From Candidatus Magasanikbacteria bacterium RIFOXYC2_FULL_42_28 (GTDB taxonomy: Bacteria; Patescibacteriota; Patescibacteriia; Magasanikbacterales; GWA2-37-8), in the NCBI GenBank assembly GCA_001784435.1, contig MFQZ01000008.1, positions 23,347 to 87,346 of the forward strand: a stretch of 64,000 bases of DNA, given 5' to 3'. Shown here piece by piece: positions 41,943-52,218 of this stretch (the first letter of the stretch is position 1; the number at the start of each line of letters is the position of its first letter). A program made the position numbers and the translations under genes. A model generated the notes under the pieces. It worked only from the letters and a program-made list of their open reading frames with translations, was not told the DNA's origin and made no database searches.

Positions 41943-43745
41943 TTACAACGTGGACATATTAACAAACGTATCCGCGTTCCCGACAACATCCACCTGACCG
42001 GCATTATTCGCATACCCCGAACGCGTTACCGTCACGGTATAAGAACTGGCGGATAAACCGCTAAAAAACGCCTGCCCGGGCGGGGTGCAACTATTAGTAT
42101 AGGTAATGGACAATTCGGATAAAATGGGGGTGTAGTTGTTGTTAGTAGTGCTTAAATACGCCTTATAGCGCAAATAACGCTTATCACTCAAAGAAGCCGG
42201 AATAGTGGGATTAGCAACCGTAAAATAGGTGCCGGCGGTGCCGTCCGGACCGACAAAACTCCAACTGGCCGGCGTGGAAGAATTGGAAGTGGCTAATTGA
42301 AATTTCAAAGAATTAGCGCCGGTTTGCGACGGCTGGGTCAAGGGGTTAATTACCAAATTGCGCAAAGTTATAGGCGCGCCAAAATCAAAAGTAGATGATT
42401 CTAAATTACCGCTAAGATAATATTTAGAACCATTCTTTTTTAATTTGACATTGCCGGCCGTGGCGCCGGACACATTAATCGTGCCACTATCGCTAAAATA
42501 TTTATTTTCAATTACATAAGCCACCTGTCCGGTTCCGCCCGACCAATCGGTCTGACGCAAGTAACCGACGCCCGTGGATAAGGTCTGATCATAACCGCCT
42601 CCGCCGGTCAAACGCACAGACGCGTCCGACAAGGGCAAACCGGTGCCGGAATCAAACACTTTTACCAATAAAGAATTAGCGCTATGCGGTTGTAAAATCG
42701 CGGTAACATCTTGCGTAGCGCCCGCGTGTAAAACAATCGGCAAGGGTGGAATCGTGCCAGCAATATCATAAACACCACTCGTGGCACTGATATGATAATC
42801 ATTAAATTCCAAATTATTCAAAGCAATACTGCCGGCGCCACCCGTTAAAAAATTTTGATTATATTTATAAACATCCGGATCAATACTCAACATTTTTTCA
42901 CTGCCGTACATATTAAAATTCGCGTTGCCGACCGCGACGCAGGTGGCGTTAACGGAATTAAAATTAATACTCCCCAATAAATCAATGGAAAAACTGATAT
43001 CAGTCACGGTTTGCTCATTAACATTAGACGGTGGTTTAACCGGAGCCGGTACCGCTGGCGAAGTCGCTACCGTATAATCAGAAGAATACCCGTCTTTGGA
43101 CACCGTAATATGATAAGCCAAAGTGCCGGTGGGAGTATCAATAATCCGCAAATAACCATTGGCATCAGTGGTGTCATCAATAATTAAATCCGGATTTAAA
43201 TCAGTATTAGCCACATGAACATCAGCCCCGGCCACGGGTAAACCATCTTCGCCAAACACCTCAATAAAAAGCGCGCCATTACTGCTCGCCCCTTCTAGTT
43301 GTCGCGGCGACACCATCGTACTTAATTTAATCGGCATGGCCTGACCGCAACCAAAACAAATTGCCGACATTTCCACTAATTTATAATCGGCCGGTGAAGT
43401 GTCATTCGGGCTACCGCCGATGGTACCGTCAAAAGCATCATCAATATTGCGCACCGTGGCCGTTATCAAAAAATCCAAATTATTACGTGTGACGGTTTTC
43501 GTGCGCGCCAGTGCCCCCACCGGCACACCGTTTAAAATACCAACACTTTCATATGGCAAATTGCGCGCCACTTCCAATTCTTCTGACAGTAAAGCCGTTT
43601 CCAAAATTTTAATGCGCGATTGATAAACAATTTTAAAAACCAGCGATAATCCGCTATAAATCCCAATCGCGAATAACAAAAATATGGCCGAGGCGACCAC
43701 GGCTTCCACGAGAGTGAATCCTTGGTGGGATTTTATTTTTGGCAT
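41943..43745 (-). CDS. PilV-like minor pilin with beta-sandwich (carboxypeptidase-regulatory-like) domains
   Basis: QG-FTLVEAVVAS; TDANG..YHITVSKDGY repeats. Confidence 0.8.
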   Translation of the reverse strand: MPKIKSHQGFTLVEAVVASAIFLLFAIGIYSGLSLVFKIVYQSRIKILETALLSEELEVARNLPYESVGILNGVPVGALARTKTVTRNNLDFLITATVRNIDDAFDGTIGGSPNDTSPADYKLVEMSAICFGCGQAMPIKLSTMVSPRQLEGASSNGALFIEVFGEDGLPVAGADVHVANTDLNPDLIIDDTTDANGYLRIIDTPTGTLAYHITVSKDGYSSDYTVATSPAVPAPVKPPSNVNEQTVTDISFSIDLLGSINFNSVNATCVAVGNANFNMYGSEKMLSIDPDVYKYNQNFLTGGAGSIALNNLEFNDYHISATSGVYDIAGTIPPLPIVLHAGATQDVTAILQPHSANSLLVKVFDSGTGLPLSDASVRLTGGGGYDQTLSTGVGYLRQTDWSGGTGQVAYVIENKYFSDSGTINVSGATAGNVKLKKNGSKYYLSGNLESSTFDFGAPITLRNLVINPLTQPSQTGANSLKFQLATSNSSTPASWSFVGPDGTAGTYFTVANPTIPASLSDKRYLRYKAYLSTTNNNYTPILSELSITYTNSCTPPGQAFFSGLSASSYTVTVTRSGYANNAGQVDVVGNADTFVNMSTL

Positions 43746-43933
43746 AAATATTTAAACACTTGTCATCCCGATGAAAATCGGGATCTCTGTCCCACTTTGT
43801 ATATTATACCAGAAAAATCACCCGCTGTCATTCCGAACAAATGTGCAATAAAAAAACGTCTCGCGAATAATGCGAAACGTTTGAAATTTTCAATAAACCA
43901 ATTTACAATTTTCAATCAATTTTCATTTTTCAA

Positions 43934-44242
43934 TTAAACAATCCTAATGCCGGTCTTTTTAATCTCATTAACCATCGGATTGTTTTTATCGTTAAAATCA
44001 GCGACGGTGAAACCGTGGGGTTCAATTCGCCCATCCACATTACTACCGGCCATCCACAGGGCGGAACTATTTTCAAACCGACGTAACTTATCAGAAAATA
44101 TCGCCACATCAATATCACTAAATTTATTAGCCAAACCTTTGGCGGTGGAACCAAACCAAAAAATACTGGCAAACGGAAAATTGCTTTTTTTTAATTCGGC
44201 CGCGTAAGAACAAACAATTTTTTTTACTTTATCTTTTGACAT
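43934..44242 (-). CDS. Minimal nucleotidyltransferase (MNT)
   Basis: FGSTAKG....SDIDVAI. Confidence 0.88.
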   Translation of the reverse strand: MSKDKVKKIVCSYAAELKKSNFPFASIFWFGSTAKGLANKFSDIDVAIFSDKLRRFENSSALWMAGSNVDGRIEPHGFTVADFNDKNNPMVNEIKKTGIRIV

Positions 44243-44613
44243 AACTGGTTGTATAATTTTTTGATTTTACCGTGGTATTTTTTGGTAAATTCCCCGGTGC
44301 ATTTTTTGTAAAAATCCAATTTGTATTCCGGGTATCTGGTACGGATATTAAACTCGTTTACCTGCCCTAAAAAAATCATCAAATCGTCATCACTTTCTAA
44401 TTTAGCCAATTCATAAAGCCGAATTAAATTGTGAATATAAGGCGCGTCTTTTTTGGTTTCTTGCACCACGAGCGCCTTTAAAATTTTCTCCAAAACAATG
44501 TGGCCAAAAAACAAACAAGCCGAATAACGTTTACTTCGATATAACGCCAGCATCGTATCATAATCATGCTCGGCAGTTTTAACCCAATATTTTACTAGTC
44601 CTTTTTTGTCCAT
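44224..44613 (-). CDS. HEPN-domain protein paired with MNT
   Basis: CLFFGHIVLEKILKA, PYIHNL, TRYP. Confidence 0.88.
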   Translation of the reverse strand: MDKKGLVKYWVKTAEHDYDTMLALYRSKRYSACLFFGHIVLEKILKALVVQETKKDAPYIHNLIRLYELAKLESDDDLMIFLGQVNEFNIRTRYPEYKLDFYKKCTGEFTKKYHGKIKKLYNQLCQKIK

Positions 44614-44638
44614 AGTTGTCCAAATTATTTTTTCACCA

Positions 44639-44890
44639 TTATAATAACTCCATAAATTTCCCCATCAACTTATCTCCGCCAACCGTTTTCAATTCTTTAA
44701 TAATTTGATGCTGTACTTTTAATTCATTGTGCCTCGGAATCATTATAAACGGCCGATGTCCGGCTGGAATTAAATAATTTTTTGGAAAAGCATATTTATC
44801 ATGACTACCGGTGCGATCATTGTTTAAATAAAAACCTAATTTTTTAAGCGCAAATACGCACTGCCGTTTGTTGAAATTATAGTCCCCCAT
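44639..44890 (-). CDS. HicA-like toxin
   Basis: LKKLGF...TGSHDKY..IMIPRH. Confidence 0.7.
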   Translation of the reverse strand: MGDYNFNKRQCVFALKKLGFYLNNDRTGSHDKYAFPKNYLIPAGHRPFIMIPRHNELKVQHQIIKELKTVGGDKLMGKFMELL

Positions 44891-44902
44891 ATCTATAATT
44901 TT

Positions 44903-45244
44903 TTAAGTGGGCTGGGTTTGCAATTGTGCTTCGTAACGAATTACTTCGTTATTGGCCATTCTAAATTCATTGAAAATAAAATCCGACTCTCTTTTCGGCA
45001 CCCCAAAATAAGTAAGTACGGCATCGTTTACCATATCCAACAATTCTTTCTTTGACTGGGCTTGAGTGAAAATACCCGACAAATCTTTGCATTCGGCTAC
45101 AAACCAACCGTCCGGAGTAATCTCCACAGTCCAATCTAATCGATCGGGAATACCATATTTTTGTTTGATAAAGACCGGATCTTTTTGAACGACAAAATAC
45201 CGATAAGCCCGATTAAACGTTTGTTGTATTTTTGCGGTAAGCAT
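44903..45244 (-). CDS. HicB-like antitoxin
   Basis: DGWFVAECKDLSGIFTQAQSKKELLDMVNDAV. Confidence 0.75.
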   Translation of the reverse strand: MLTAKIQQTFNRAYRYFVVQKDPVFIKQKYGIPDRLDWTVEITPDGWFVAECKDLSGIFTQAQSKKELLDMVNDAVLTYFGVPKRESDFIFNEFRMANNEVIRYEAQLQTQPT

Positions 45245-45461
45245 ACTATTTGTGGATATTTTTTTACATTGATATTATACTATAAATTATGGTAAATGTC
45301 AAAATTACAAACACAAAACCACGCGATTAAACGTGGTTTTATATTACTCTTTGACAACTAATTTAATTACCAAAGAATGATGCCACTTTTGAACGTGTGT
45401 GGCGCACGGGTGATTTTGAAAGGTTAATCACGAACCATTGAGGAAGGCGATGCTGGAACAC

Positions 45462-46286
45462 CTACGTACGACGATGCAAAACCAGAATCAGGTCATCTTT
45501 GGCAAAATATTTTCTGGTAAAACCCATGACCCACCCAATGACCCAATTCTGTGTCGTTTTGTCATACACGAGACATTCGCACAAATACCCTTGATAGGGG
45601 TGCCAATGGCCAGTCAGCAAATAGTAATTTTGCAGGTTGGTCGGAATTTCCGACTGACCTTCCAACACGAACATAATATCCTTCCCCGAGGGTAAGTCAG
45701 TCACTTCAGCCAGCATCTCTTTCGGAGTCATGGGCATCTTGTCAAACGAACCACCAACGACTTCATACCGCCTTCCCTCAACCGAGAATTCAACCCGAAC
45801 AGGTTCTACAGCCACCTCTTTCAGTGGCAACGGAATTGGCACCTTATTGAGTCGATGCACTACAAGAACGCTCCCCCACTGCCGCATGATCTCGCCGTTC
45901 GCGAAAAACTGCACAGCGTCTCGACCGCTTTGTGGAAAATAGCCACGAGGAATTCGTTCTATCCTACGATTCCACCTTGACCCCTCCCAAGTAAAGTACA
46001 CACTGTACCCGGGGTCTTCTTCATCCCTTGAGTTGGTCAACAGTTTGGAACAGTAGCGCAAAACAGATGGCAGCTGATCCAAACGATCAGCCAAAAACTT
46101 GCAATCCTCGTCTCCGATCCCCACGGAGTTCAAAGTAGACACCAAGACAGAAAGATCAATGTAGGTCGGTCCTTCTACCAACCCGCCCATGGCCTCATAC
46201 CATCGTCCTTCAACCTCAAACTGGATCGTTTTGGTATTGCCTTTTCTAACTGCTTTAGCACCTTTAGTCGTTGTTTTTGCCTTCAT
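45462..46286 (-). CDS. Hypothetical protein with internal duplication
   Basis: FEVEGRWYEAMGG and FSVEGRRYEVVGG; SD GGAGGAG before MKAKTT. Confidence 0.6.
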   Translation of the reverse strand: MKAKTTTKGAKAVRKGNTKTIQFEVEGRWYEAMGGLVEGPTYIDLSVLVSTLNSVGIGDEDCKFLADRLDQLPSVLRYCSKLLTNSRDEEDPGYSVYFTWEGSRWNRRIERIPRGYFPQSGRDAVQFFANGEIMRQWGSVLVVHRLNKVPIPLPLKEVAVEPVRVEFSVEGRRYEVVGGSFDKMPMTPKEMLAEVTDLPSGKDIMFVLEGQSEIPTNLQNYYLLTGHWHPYQGYLCECLVYDKTTQNWVIGWVMGFTRKYFAKDDLILVLHRRT

Positions 46287-46662
46287 TACAGCATCTCCTC
46301 CCGTTTTCAAAGAACTTGTTTACCACACGCGACCCCATGTCACGTTTGGCAGAACATCATAGCATATACCGTTTTGTTCGCATTGTCAAGATAATTGACC
46401 CGATATATTACTTTTGATTAAATTGTCATAATTTATTTAAAATTAGCCAAAATATAGTCATTTTTAATTACTATTCTGTGTCAAAAAACTTGACAGATGT
46501 TAAAATATGTGTTATAATAGCCAAAGTTATACTGTTATATTGTCCACAAGAAATCCTGCAATAACCAACTTTAAGGGATTCCTCCACTCGCTACAGCTCG
46601 GTCGGAATGACAATAACCACTCGCACCAATAAACCACTAAACTAATAAACCAATCAACCGCC

Positions 46663-47397
46663 ATGTCCGACACTACTCTTAATTTAGCTCTACAAAACCT
46701 CGGTCTAGATGACAAAGAAGCCAAAATCTATTTGGCGCTTTTGGAATTAGGCAAAGGCACTGTCGCCGATGTTGCTAAACAGTCCGGCGTCAAACGCACG
46801 AACATTTACAATTTTATCGGTCCGATGAAAGACAAACATATCATCGGTGAAATAATACAGGACAAACAAATTATTCTTATCCCCGAAAATCCCCAAGCCC
46901 TAATCAAACGCGCCGAACAAAATTTTGTTGACATCAAAAATCTTTTACCAAATTTATTATCCATTTTTAACACCCCCGAATCAAAACCAAAAGTAAAATT
47001 TTTTGACGGGGCGCAAGGAATTAAAAACGCTTGGGATGATATGACCACGAGTGGTGAAAATATTTACGGTTTTTCTGACTATGAAAAAATGTTTGGCGTT
47101 TTTCCAGATGATTGGCTCGGGCAAATACCTAAAACCCGCGCGCAGAACAAACAATTTTATTATTGTATTGCCAAAGACGGTCCCTGGGGCAAAAAAATTA
47201 AATCCAGAGACAAAAAACAATTGCGCCAAACCAAATTAGTCAAAAATTTAAATTTAGACACCGAAATAAACATTTACGGCGGAAAAGTTTTGCTAATAAG
47301 TTTCCGCAAACCGTATTCCGCGATTATAATAGAAGAAAGAGCCATTGCCATGTCGTTAAAATCAATTTGGCAATTGATTTGGGATGGGTTGAAGTAG
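46663..47397 (+). CDS. TrmB-family transcriptional regulator
   Basis: LGLDDKEAKIYLALLELG..KRTNIY; KPKVKFFDG. Confidence 0.85.
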   Translation: MSDTTLNLALQNLGLDDKEAKIYLALLELGKGTVADVAKQSGVKRTNIYNFIGPMKDKHIIGEIIQDKQIILIPENPQALIKRAEQNFVDIKNLLPNLLSIFNTPESKPKVKFFDGAQGIKNAWDDMTTSGENIYGFSDYEKMFGVFPDDWLGQIPKTRAQNKQFYYCIAKDGPWGKKIKSRDKKQLRQTKLVKNLNLDTEINIYGGKVLLISFRKPYSAIIIEERAIAMSLKSIWQLIWDGLK

Positions 47398-47569
47398 TTA
47401 TGCACAGCGCCAGTTTTACGAAAATGTGGTATAATATGTGTGAAATACTAAACCCTAAATCCTAAACTCTAAAGAAGTCCAAATATTTAAATTCAAAAAA
47501 AACAAAAATTTTGACATTTTTATTTGGAATTTGTTTAGAACTTAGTGTTTAGAATTTAGAATTTTTATT

Positions 47570-49915
47570 GTGTCTCGTCCTCGTCGCATGATCCACTACC
47601 AAAAACGCCCGGCCGCGCCGCGTTTTAATCTTAATCCCGAATTAAACAACGGCATTATTGCGGTTTTGCTTTTTATTTTGGCTGGCATTGCCACTTTGAG
47701 TTTTTTCCAAATGGCCGGCGTGCTCGGACAATTTGTGGATTCATTTTTGGCATTGCTGTTTGGCCAAGTACGCTACTGCGTCCCCTTGGTTTTAATCACC
47801 GCTTCCATCTTACTCGTCAAAGACATTGAATATAACTATCGCCACACCCACTCGGTCGGCGCGATTTTATTTTTCTTAAGTTTCAACGGCCTCGTGCATT
47901 TACAATATCCGCTTGCCGATATGGCCTCAACGGCGCAACAAGGTTACGGTGGCGGTATGATTGGCTTTGCCCTCGCCTGGGTAATGGCCTCGTATGTTGG
48001 CTATTGGGGCGGGATGTTAATTTTAATCGGACTTTTGATTGTCTCACTCATATTTTTGTTCAACACCACGCTCGCGCAAATGGTGGAAATTCACAAAAAA
48101 TTATTTTTAACTTTGGGCTGGCTCGGACGCGAGATTGTTGCGTTTTTTGGCAGTTTTAAAAACCCGTCTTCGCCTTGGGCTACGCCGGGTAAACCCGTAA
48201 AATTTGCTATCAAGGGTGATTATGAAAATCAAACTCAACCCGAAGATAATATTAACGAAACCGATGGCGAAGAAGAGCGCGTCTTTAAACAAAAATCGAT
48301 TGCTCAAACTGACGACACCGACGAAACAGAAGAAGAACCAGCCGAAGCCGAACCGGAAGAGGAAAAAGTGGTGGGCGTGCCTCAAGCCGTTATTCGCGAT
48401 TTACCAAATTTAGATTTATTATTCACCTCCAAATCCAAACCATCGGCCGGTGATATCAAAGGCAATGCCGAGACCATTAAAAGCACTTTGAAAAATTTTG
48501 GCATTGAAGTAGAAATGGGTGAGGTGCGCGTTGGTCCGACGGTAACGCAATATTCTTTCAAACCAGCGGCCGGCATTAAATTAACCCGCATCACTACTTT
48601 ATCAAATGATTTAGCGCTCGCTTTGGCCGCCCACCCAATTCGTATTGAAGCGCCAATTCCAGGCCAAAGTTTAGTCGGCGTGGAAGTTCCCAACCAAAAA
48701 GTGGCGATGGTAACACTGCGCGAATTATTAGAATCTGAAGAATTTACCAAACGCCCGCACAACATGATGATCGCGTTAGGCAAAGATGTCGCCGGTAAAG
48801 TTTGGTGGACGGACTTATTAAAAATGCCCCACCTACTCGTCGCCGGCGCCACTGGTTCAGGCAAAACCGTTTGTATCAATGCGATTATCACCAGTCTACT
48901 TTATCAAAATACCGCCGAAACTTTGCGCTTTATAATGGTAGACCCTAAACGGGTGGAGTTGACGCTCTACGACGGCATCCCCCATTTATTAACGCCGGCA
49001 ATAACCACTCCGGCCAAATGTGTGAACGCGCTAAAATGGACTATCAACGAAATGGAACGCCGTTTTGATGTTTTAGCCAAAGCCGGCAAACGCGATATTG
49101 CTTCTTTTAATAAATCCTCGTCCGAACCACTTCCATATATAGTATTTGTCATTGACGAATTAGCGGACTTAATGTCCCAAGCCAGCGCCGAAGTGGAAGC
49201 CGGAATAATTCGCATTGCCCAAATGGCGCGCGCGGTCGGTATTCATTTAATTGTCGCCACCCAACGCCCGAGTGTGGAAGTGATTACCGGTTTAATGAAA
49301 GCCAATATCCCCGGGCGCATCGCCTTTTCGGTGGCTTCAATTATTGATTCGCGCACAATTTTAGATTGCCCGGGCGCGGAAAAATTATTAGGCCGCGGCG
49401 ATATGTTGCTCCTGACCGCTGACATGTCTAAACCAAAACGCGTACAAGGCGCGTTTATTTCCGAAGAAGAAATTGATCATGTAGTGGAACATTTGAAAGG
49501 CGACGAACCACCCACTTACGACGACGCGATTGTGGCCAAAGGCGATAACAGTGGCGGCACCTTAAATATGTTTACCGGTGGCACCGATGACCAAGACGCG
49601 TTATTTGATGATGCCAAAAGATGTGTAATTGAAAGTGGCAAAGCATCCGCTTCATTATTACAACGTCGCTTAAAAGTGGGCTACGCCCGCGCCGCGAGAT
49701 TATTAGATGAATTAGAAAATGCCGGCATCGTCGGGCCCGCTGACGGCGCCAAACCGCGCGAGGTGTTTACCGAACATATTGGCAATGGACACCATATGCC
49801 CGCGCCCGAAGCCGAAATTCCGGCGGACGAGCAGACGATGGATTTGGGTGGGGTGGTGTTGGATGATAATAAACCGAAAGAATCAGAAGCCGAAGAAGAA
49901 CCACCAACACAATAA
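47570..49915 (+). CDS. ftsK: DNA translocase FtsK
   Basis: N-terminal TMs, RIEAPIPG, GATGSGKT, IDELADLM, ATQRPS, gamma domain LQRRLKVGYARAAR. Confidence 0.96.
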   Translation: MSRPRRMIHYQKRPAAPRFNLNPELNNGIIAVLLFILAGIATLSFFQMAGVLGQFVDSFLALLFGQVRYCVPLVLITASILLVKDIEYNYRHTHSVGAILFFLSFNGLVHLQYPLADMASTAQQGYGGGMIGFALAWVMASYVGYWGGMLILIGLLIVSLIFLFNTTLAQMVEIHKKLFLTLGWLGREIVAFFGSFKNPSSPWATPGKPVKFAIKGDYENQTQPEDNINETDGEEERVFKQKSIAQTDDTDETEEEPAEAEPEEEKVVGVPQAVIRDLPNLDLLFTSKSKPSAGDIKGNAETIKSTLKNFGIEVEMGEVRVGPTVTQYSFKPAAGIKLTRITTLSNDLALALAAHPIRIEAPIPGQSLVGVEVPNQKVAMVTLRELLESEEFTKRPHNMMIALGKDVAGKVWWTDLLKMPHLLVAGATGSGKTVCINAIITSLLYQNTAETLRFIMVDPKRVELTLYDGIPHLLTPAITTPAKCVNALKWTINEMERRFDVLAKAGKRDIASFNKSSSEPLPYIVFVIDELADLMSQASAEVEAGIIRIAQMARAVGIHLIVATQRPSVEVITGLMKANIPGRIAFSVASIIDSRTILDCPGAEKLLGRGDMLLLTADMSKPKRVQGAFISEEEIDHVVEHLKGDEPPTYDDAIVAKGDNSGGTLNMFTGGTDDQDALFDDAKRCVIESGKASASLLQRRLKVGYARAARLLDELENAGIVGPADGAKPREVFTEHIGNGHHMPAPEAEIPADEQTMDLGGVVLDDNKPKESEAEEEPPTQ

Positions 49916-49930
49916 ACTGTCTCGCTGTCT

Positions 49931-49968
49931 TTCCCCTCCTTTTCAAGGAGGGGACCAAGGGGCGGTTC
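49931..49968. repeat. REP-like palindrome CCCCTCCTTTTCAAGGAGGGG
   Basis: GC-rich hairpin just downstream of ftsK. Confidence 0.5.
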
Positions 49969-50114
49969 ACTCACCAACAAAAAAATATCCGCCTCACAGC
50001 GAATATTTTTATTATAGAAGCAAAACCACCCTCGCCAAAATTAAACTATTTTAATTCTAACGAGGTAGGGGTGGTCTTGCGATGTTCTGTAAGTCCGCCC
50101 ATACCTTTTCTTCG

Positions 50115-50261
50115 TCATTTTTTGTCCTCACCCTCTTGATCGTTGGCGCCCTCACTTCTCAACGACTCTGCGTAGTCGTTGTCGGACTGTAGCTTTTCCA
50201 ACTGTTCTTTTTCATCTTCTTCTTTTGTTTTTTTTGACTTCTTTTTGAAATCGGACGACAT
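50115..50261 (-). CDS. 48-aa charged hypothetical protein
   Basis: SD AGGAGG before MSSDFKKK. Confidence 0.45.
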   Translation of the reverse strand: MSSDFKKKSKKTKEEDEKEQLEKLQSDNDYAESLRSEGANDQEGEDKK

Positions 50262-50398
50262 TCGCCCTCCTTTTGCCAGAGAGTGATTTCTCGGTCTCGG
50301 AAACTCTAACAAATAACTCTCTCTCTCTGTCAAATATCCCCCCCCCCCCACGCTTAGCGTGGGTTATGGGACGCTTAGCGACAACGCTTAGCGTCCCC

Positions 50399-50427
50399 TT
50401 GACAAAACCACCAAGATAGTATATAAT
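50399..50427 (+). promoter_or_regulatory. Consensus sigma70 promoter with very short leader
   Basis: TTGACA-17 nt-TATAAT ending 12 nt before ATG 50440; three ACGCTTAGCG boxes at 50350-50393. Confidence 0.7.
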
Positions 50428-50439
50428 ATACTATATACT

Positions 50440-51210
50440 ATGTATTCCGACACCAAACAACAAATCCTTAATATCATTAAGGAAAACAACGGCACCAGCC
50501 CCCACTCTCTTATTACCACCCTAAACAAAAACGCCTCGGGAATTTTTCGCCATCTAAAAAAATTAATTGAAACCAGCCAAATCACCAAGGTTGGCAAACC
50601 GCCAAAAGTGGTGTATTATTACTCTGCTAATAAAAATAATATGAACGAAAATCAAACTGCCGGTGACAAAATTTTAAACTGGGCGACTACCGGCAACACT
50701 ACCACAGTCCAACCGAATTGGACTTGTCAAACGCGCGATGTTTTTCAAGCCCGGCACGATCGTTTGTTAAATGAATTAAAAAAGAAATTCAGCGAAAATG
50801 TTGCTTTCACCGTTGCCGCGATTACCGGCGAAATCGGCAATAATTCCTTTGACCATAATTTGGGAAATTGGCGTGATGTAATGGGAGTAGTATTTGAAAT
50901 TAATTTGGAAAAACGTGAAATTATTTTAGCTGACCGTGGCCAAGGGATACTGGCGTCAATTAGACGTGTGCGCCCCCAAACGACCGATGACGCCGATGCG
51001 CTCCAAGTCGCGTTTACCGAAGTAATTTCCGGACGATTCCCCGAACAGCGCGGCAATGGCCTAAAATATGTCGCCAAAAATATCAAAGCCAATAATTTTT
51101 CCCTAAAATTTTATTCTGGCAATTCCAGCTGTGAAATTATCGATAATCAAATGACAATTAAAAAAACTAATCAACTAACTCCGGGAACATTGGCAATCAT
51201 TAACTTCTAA
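50440..51210 (+). CDS. wHTH fused to HATPase-like (anti-sigma-type) domain
   Basis: N-terminal HTH; EIGNNSFDH, DRGQGI, RGNGL. Confidence 0.75.
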   Translation: MYSDTKQQILNIIKENNGTSPHSLITTLNKNASGIFRHLKKLIETSQITKVGKPPKVVYYYSANKNNMNENQTAGDKILNWATTGNTTTVQPNWTCQTRDVFQARHDRLLNELKKKFSENVAFTVAAITGEIGNNSFDHNLGNWRDVMGVVFEINLEKREIILADRGQGILASIRRVRPQTTDDADALQVAFTEVISGRFPEQRGNGLKYVAKNIKANNFSLKFYSGNSSCEIIDNQMTIKKTNQLTPGTLAIINF

Positions 51211-51213
51211 AAT

Positions 51214-51483
51214 ATGCGTATTGAATTAAAAAAATTTGGCAACAATCTATCCTCCCGCCCAGCTGGCAAAGAGGCCTATTTGAGCGCGCGCGCCTATATC
51301 TTGCCCAAGGATAAAAACGAAAAAGTAGAAATTGATTTTACCGGCGTAGATGTTTTGACCCCATCTTGGGCCGACGAATTTTTAACACCAATTAAAAAAG
51401 AATTCGGTGATAATTTGGTTTTGTTACCATCGAATAATGTGACAATTAAATCAACTTTGGAATTTTTGGAGGAGATTAAATAA
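51214..51483 (+). CDS. STAS-like (DUF4325) protein
   Basis: LSSRPAG..IDFTGVDVLTPSWADE. Confidence 0.8.
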   Translation: MRIELKKFGNNLSSRPAGKEAYLSARAYILPKDKNEKVEIDFTGVDVLTPSWADEFLTPIKKEFGDNLVLLPSNNVTIKSTLEFLEEIK

Positions 51484-51500
51484 TACCACCCAAAAATTTC

Positions 51501-52172
51501 ATGTCCATCTTCTGCATAAAAAAATTAGAACCGCCGGAATCAGTGGGAGCGCGCTTAAAACGCAAACGCGCGGAATTAGGCGAACACCTTACGGCCATAT
51601 CCGCGCGCATTGGCGTAGCGGAAAATCATTTGACCGCGCTGGAAACCGGCCACCACCGCGAACTCCCCTTAACTATCGCCCATCGCTCGGCTTATTTAAA
51701 AAAATACGCGACCGCGCTCGGATTAAACCCGGACATGCTCTGGAAACAATTTGTCCAAGAGGGCGGAACCGCTGATATCAAAACCGGCCATCCGGCCCAA
51801 GCGTTAAAAAATATTCGCTTTGATTCTTTGGCCTCGCTTATTCGCAACCTCGGCATCGCTACGCTCGTAATTATTTTCGCCGGCTATTTAATTTGGCAAA
51901 TTCGCGGAATTTTAACTCCGCCACTCCTCGTTGTATACACGCCGATGGAAGGCACCGTTACCAGCCACACGAGCATCGTCGTGCAAGGCATAACCGACAA
52001 AGAAGCGCACCTATCCATCAACGGCAAAGATATTATGATCGACGAAGACGGAAAATTTTCCGTAGAAATTTCCTTAGCCCCCGGCGTTAATTCCATTACG
52101 ATAACCACCATAAAAAAACACGGCAAAACGACCACAGTCGCGCGCCATGTGGTGGTAAAAGAGAAAAAATAG
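51501..52172 (+). CDS. RodZ-like XRE-HTH membrane protein with Ig-like domain
   Basis: VGARLKRKR..LTALETG..YLKKYATALGL, one TM, PGVNSITIT. Confidence 0.75.
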   Translation: MSIFCIKKLEPPESVGARLKRKRAELGEHLTAISARIGVAENHLTALETGHHRELPLTIAHRSAYLKKYATALGLNPDMLWKQFVQEGGTADIKTGHPAQALKNIRFDSLASLIRNLGIATLVIIFAGYLIWQIRGILTPPLLVVYTPMEGTVTSHTSIVVQGITDKEAHLSINGKDIMIDEDGKFSVEISLAPGVNSITITTIKKHGKTTTVARHVVVKEKK

Positions 52173-52189
52173 CCCCCAGTTTTATCCAC

Positions 52190-52218
52190 TTGCGTAATAT
52201 TGCCCGTTTGATTATAAT
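52190..52218 (+). promoter_or_regulatory. recA promoter
   Basis: TTGCGT-17 nt-TATAAT. Confidence 0.6.
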
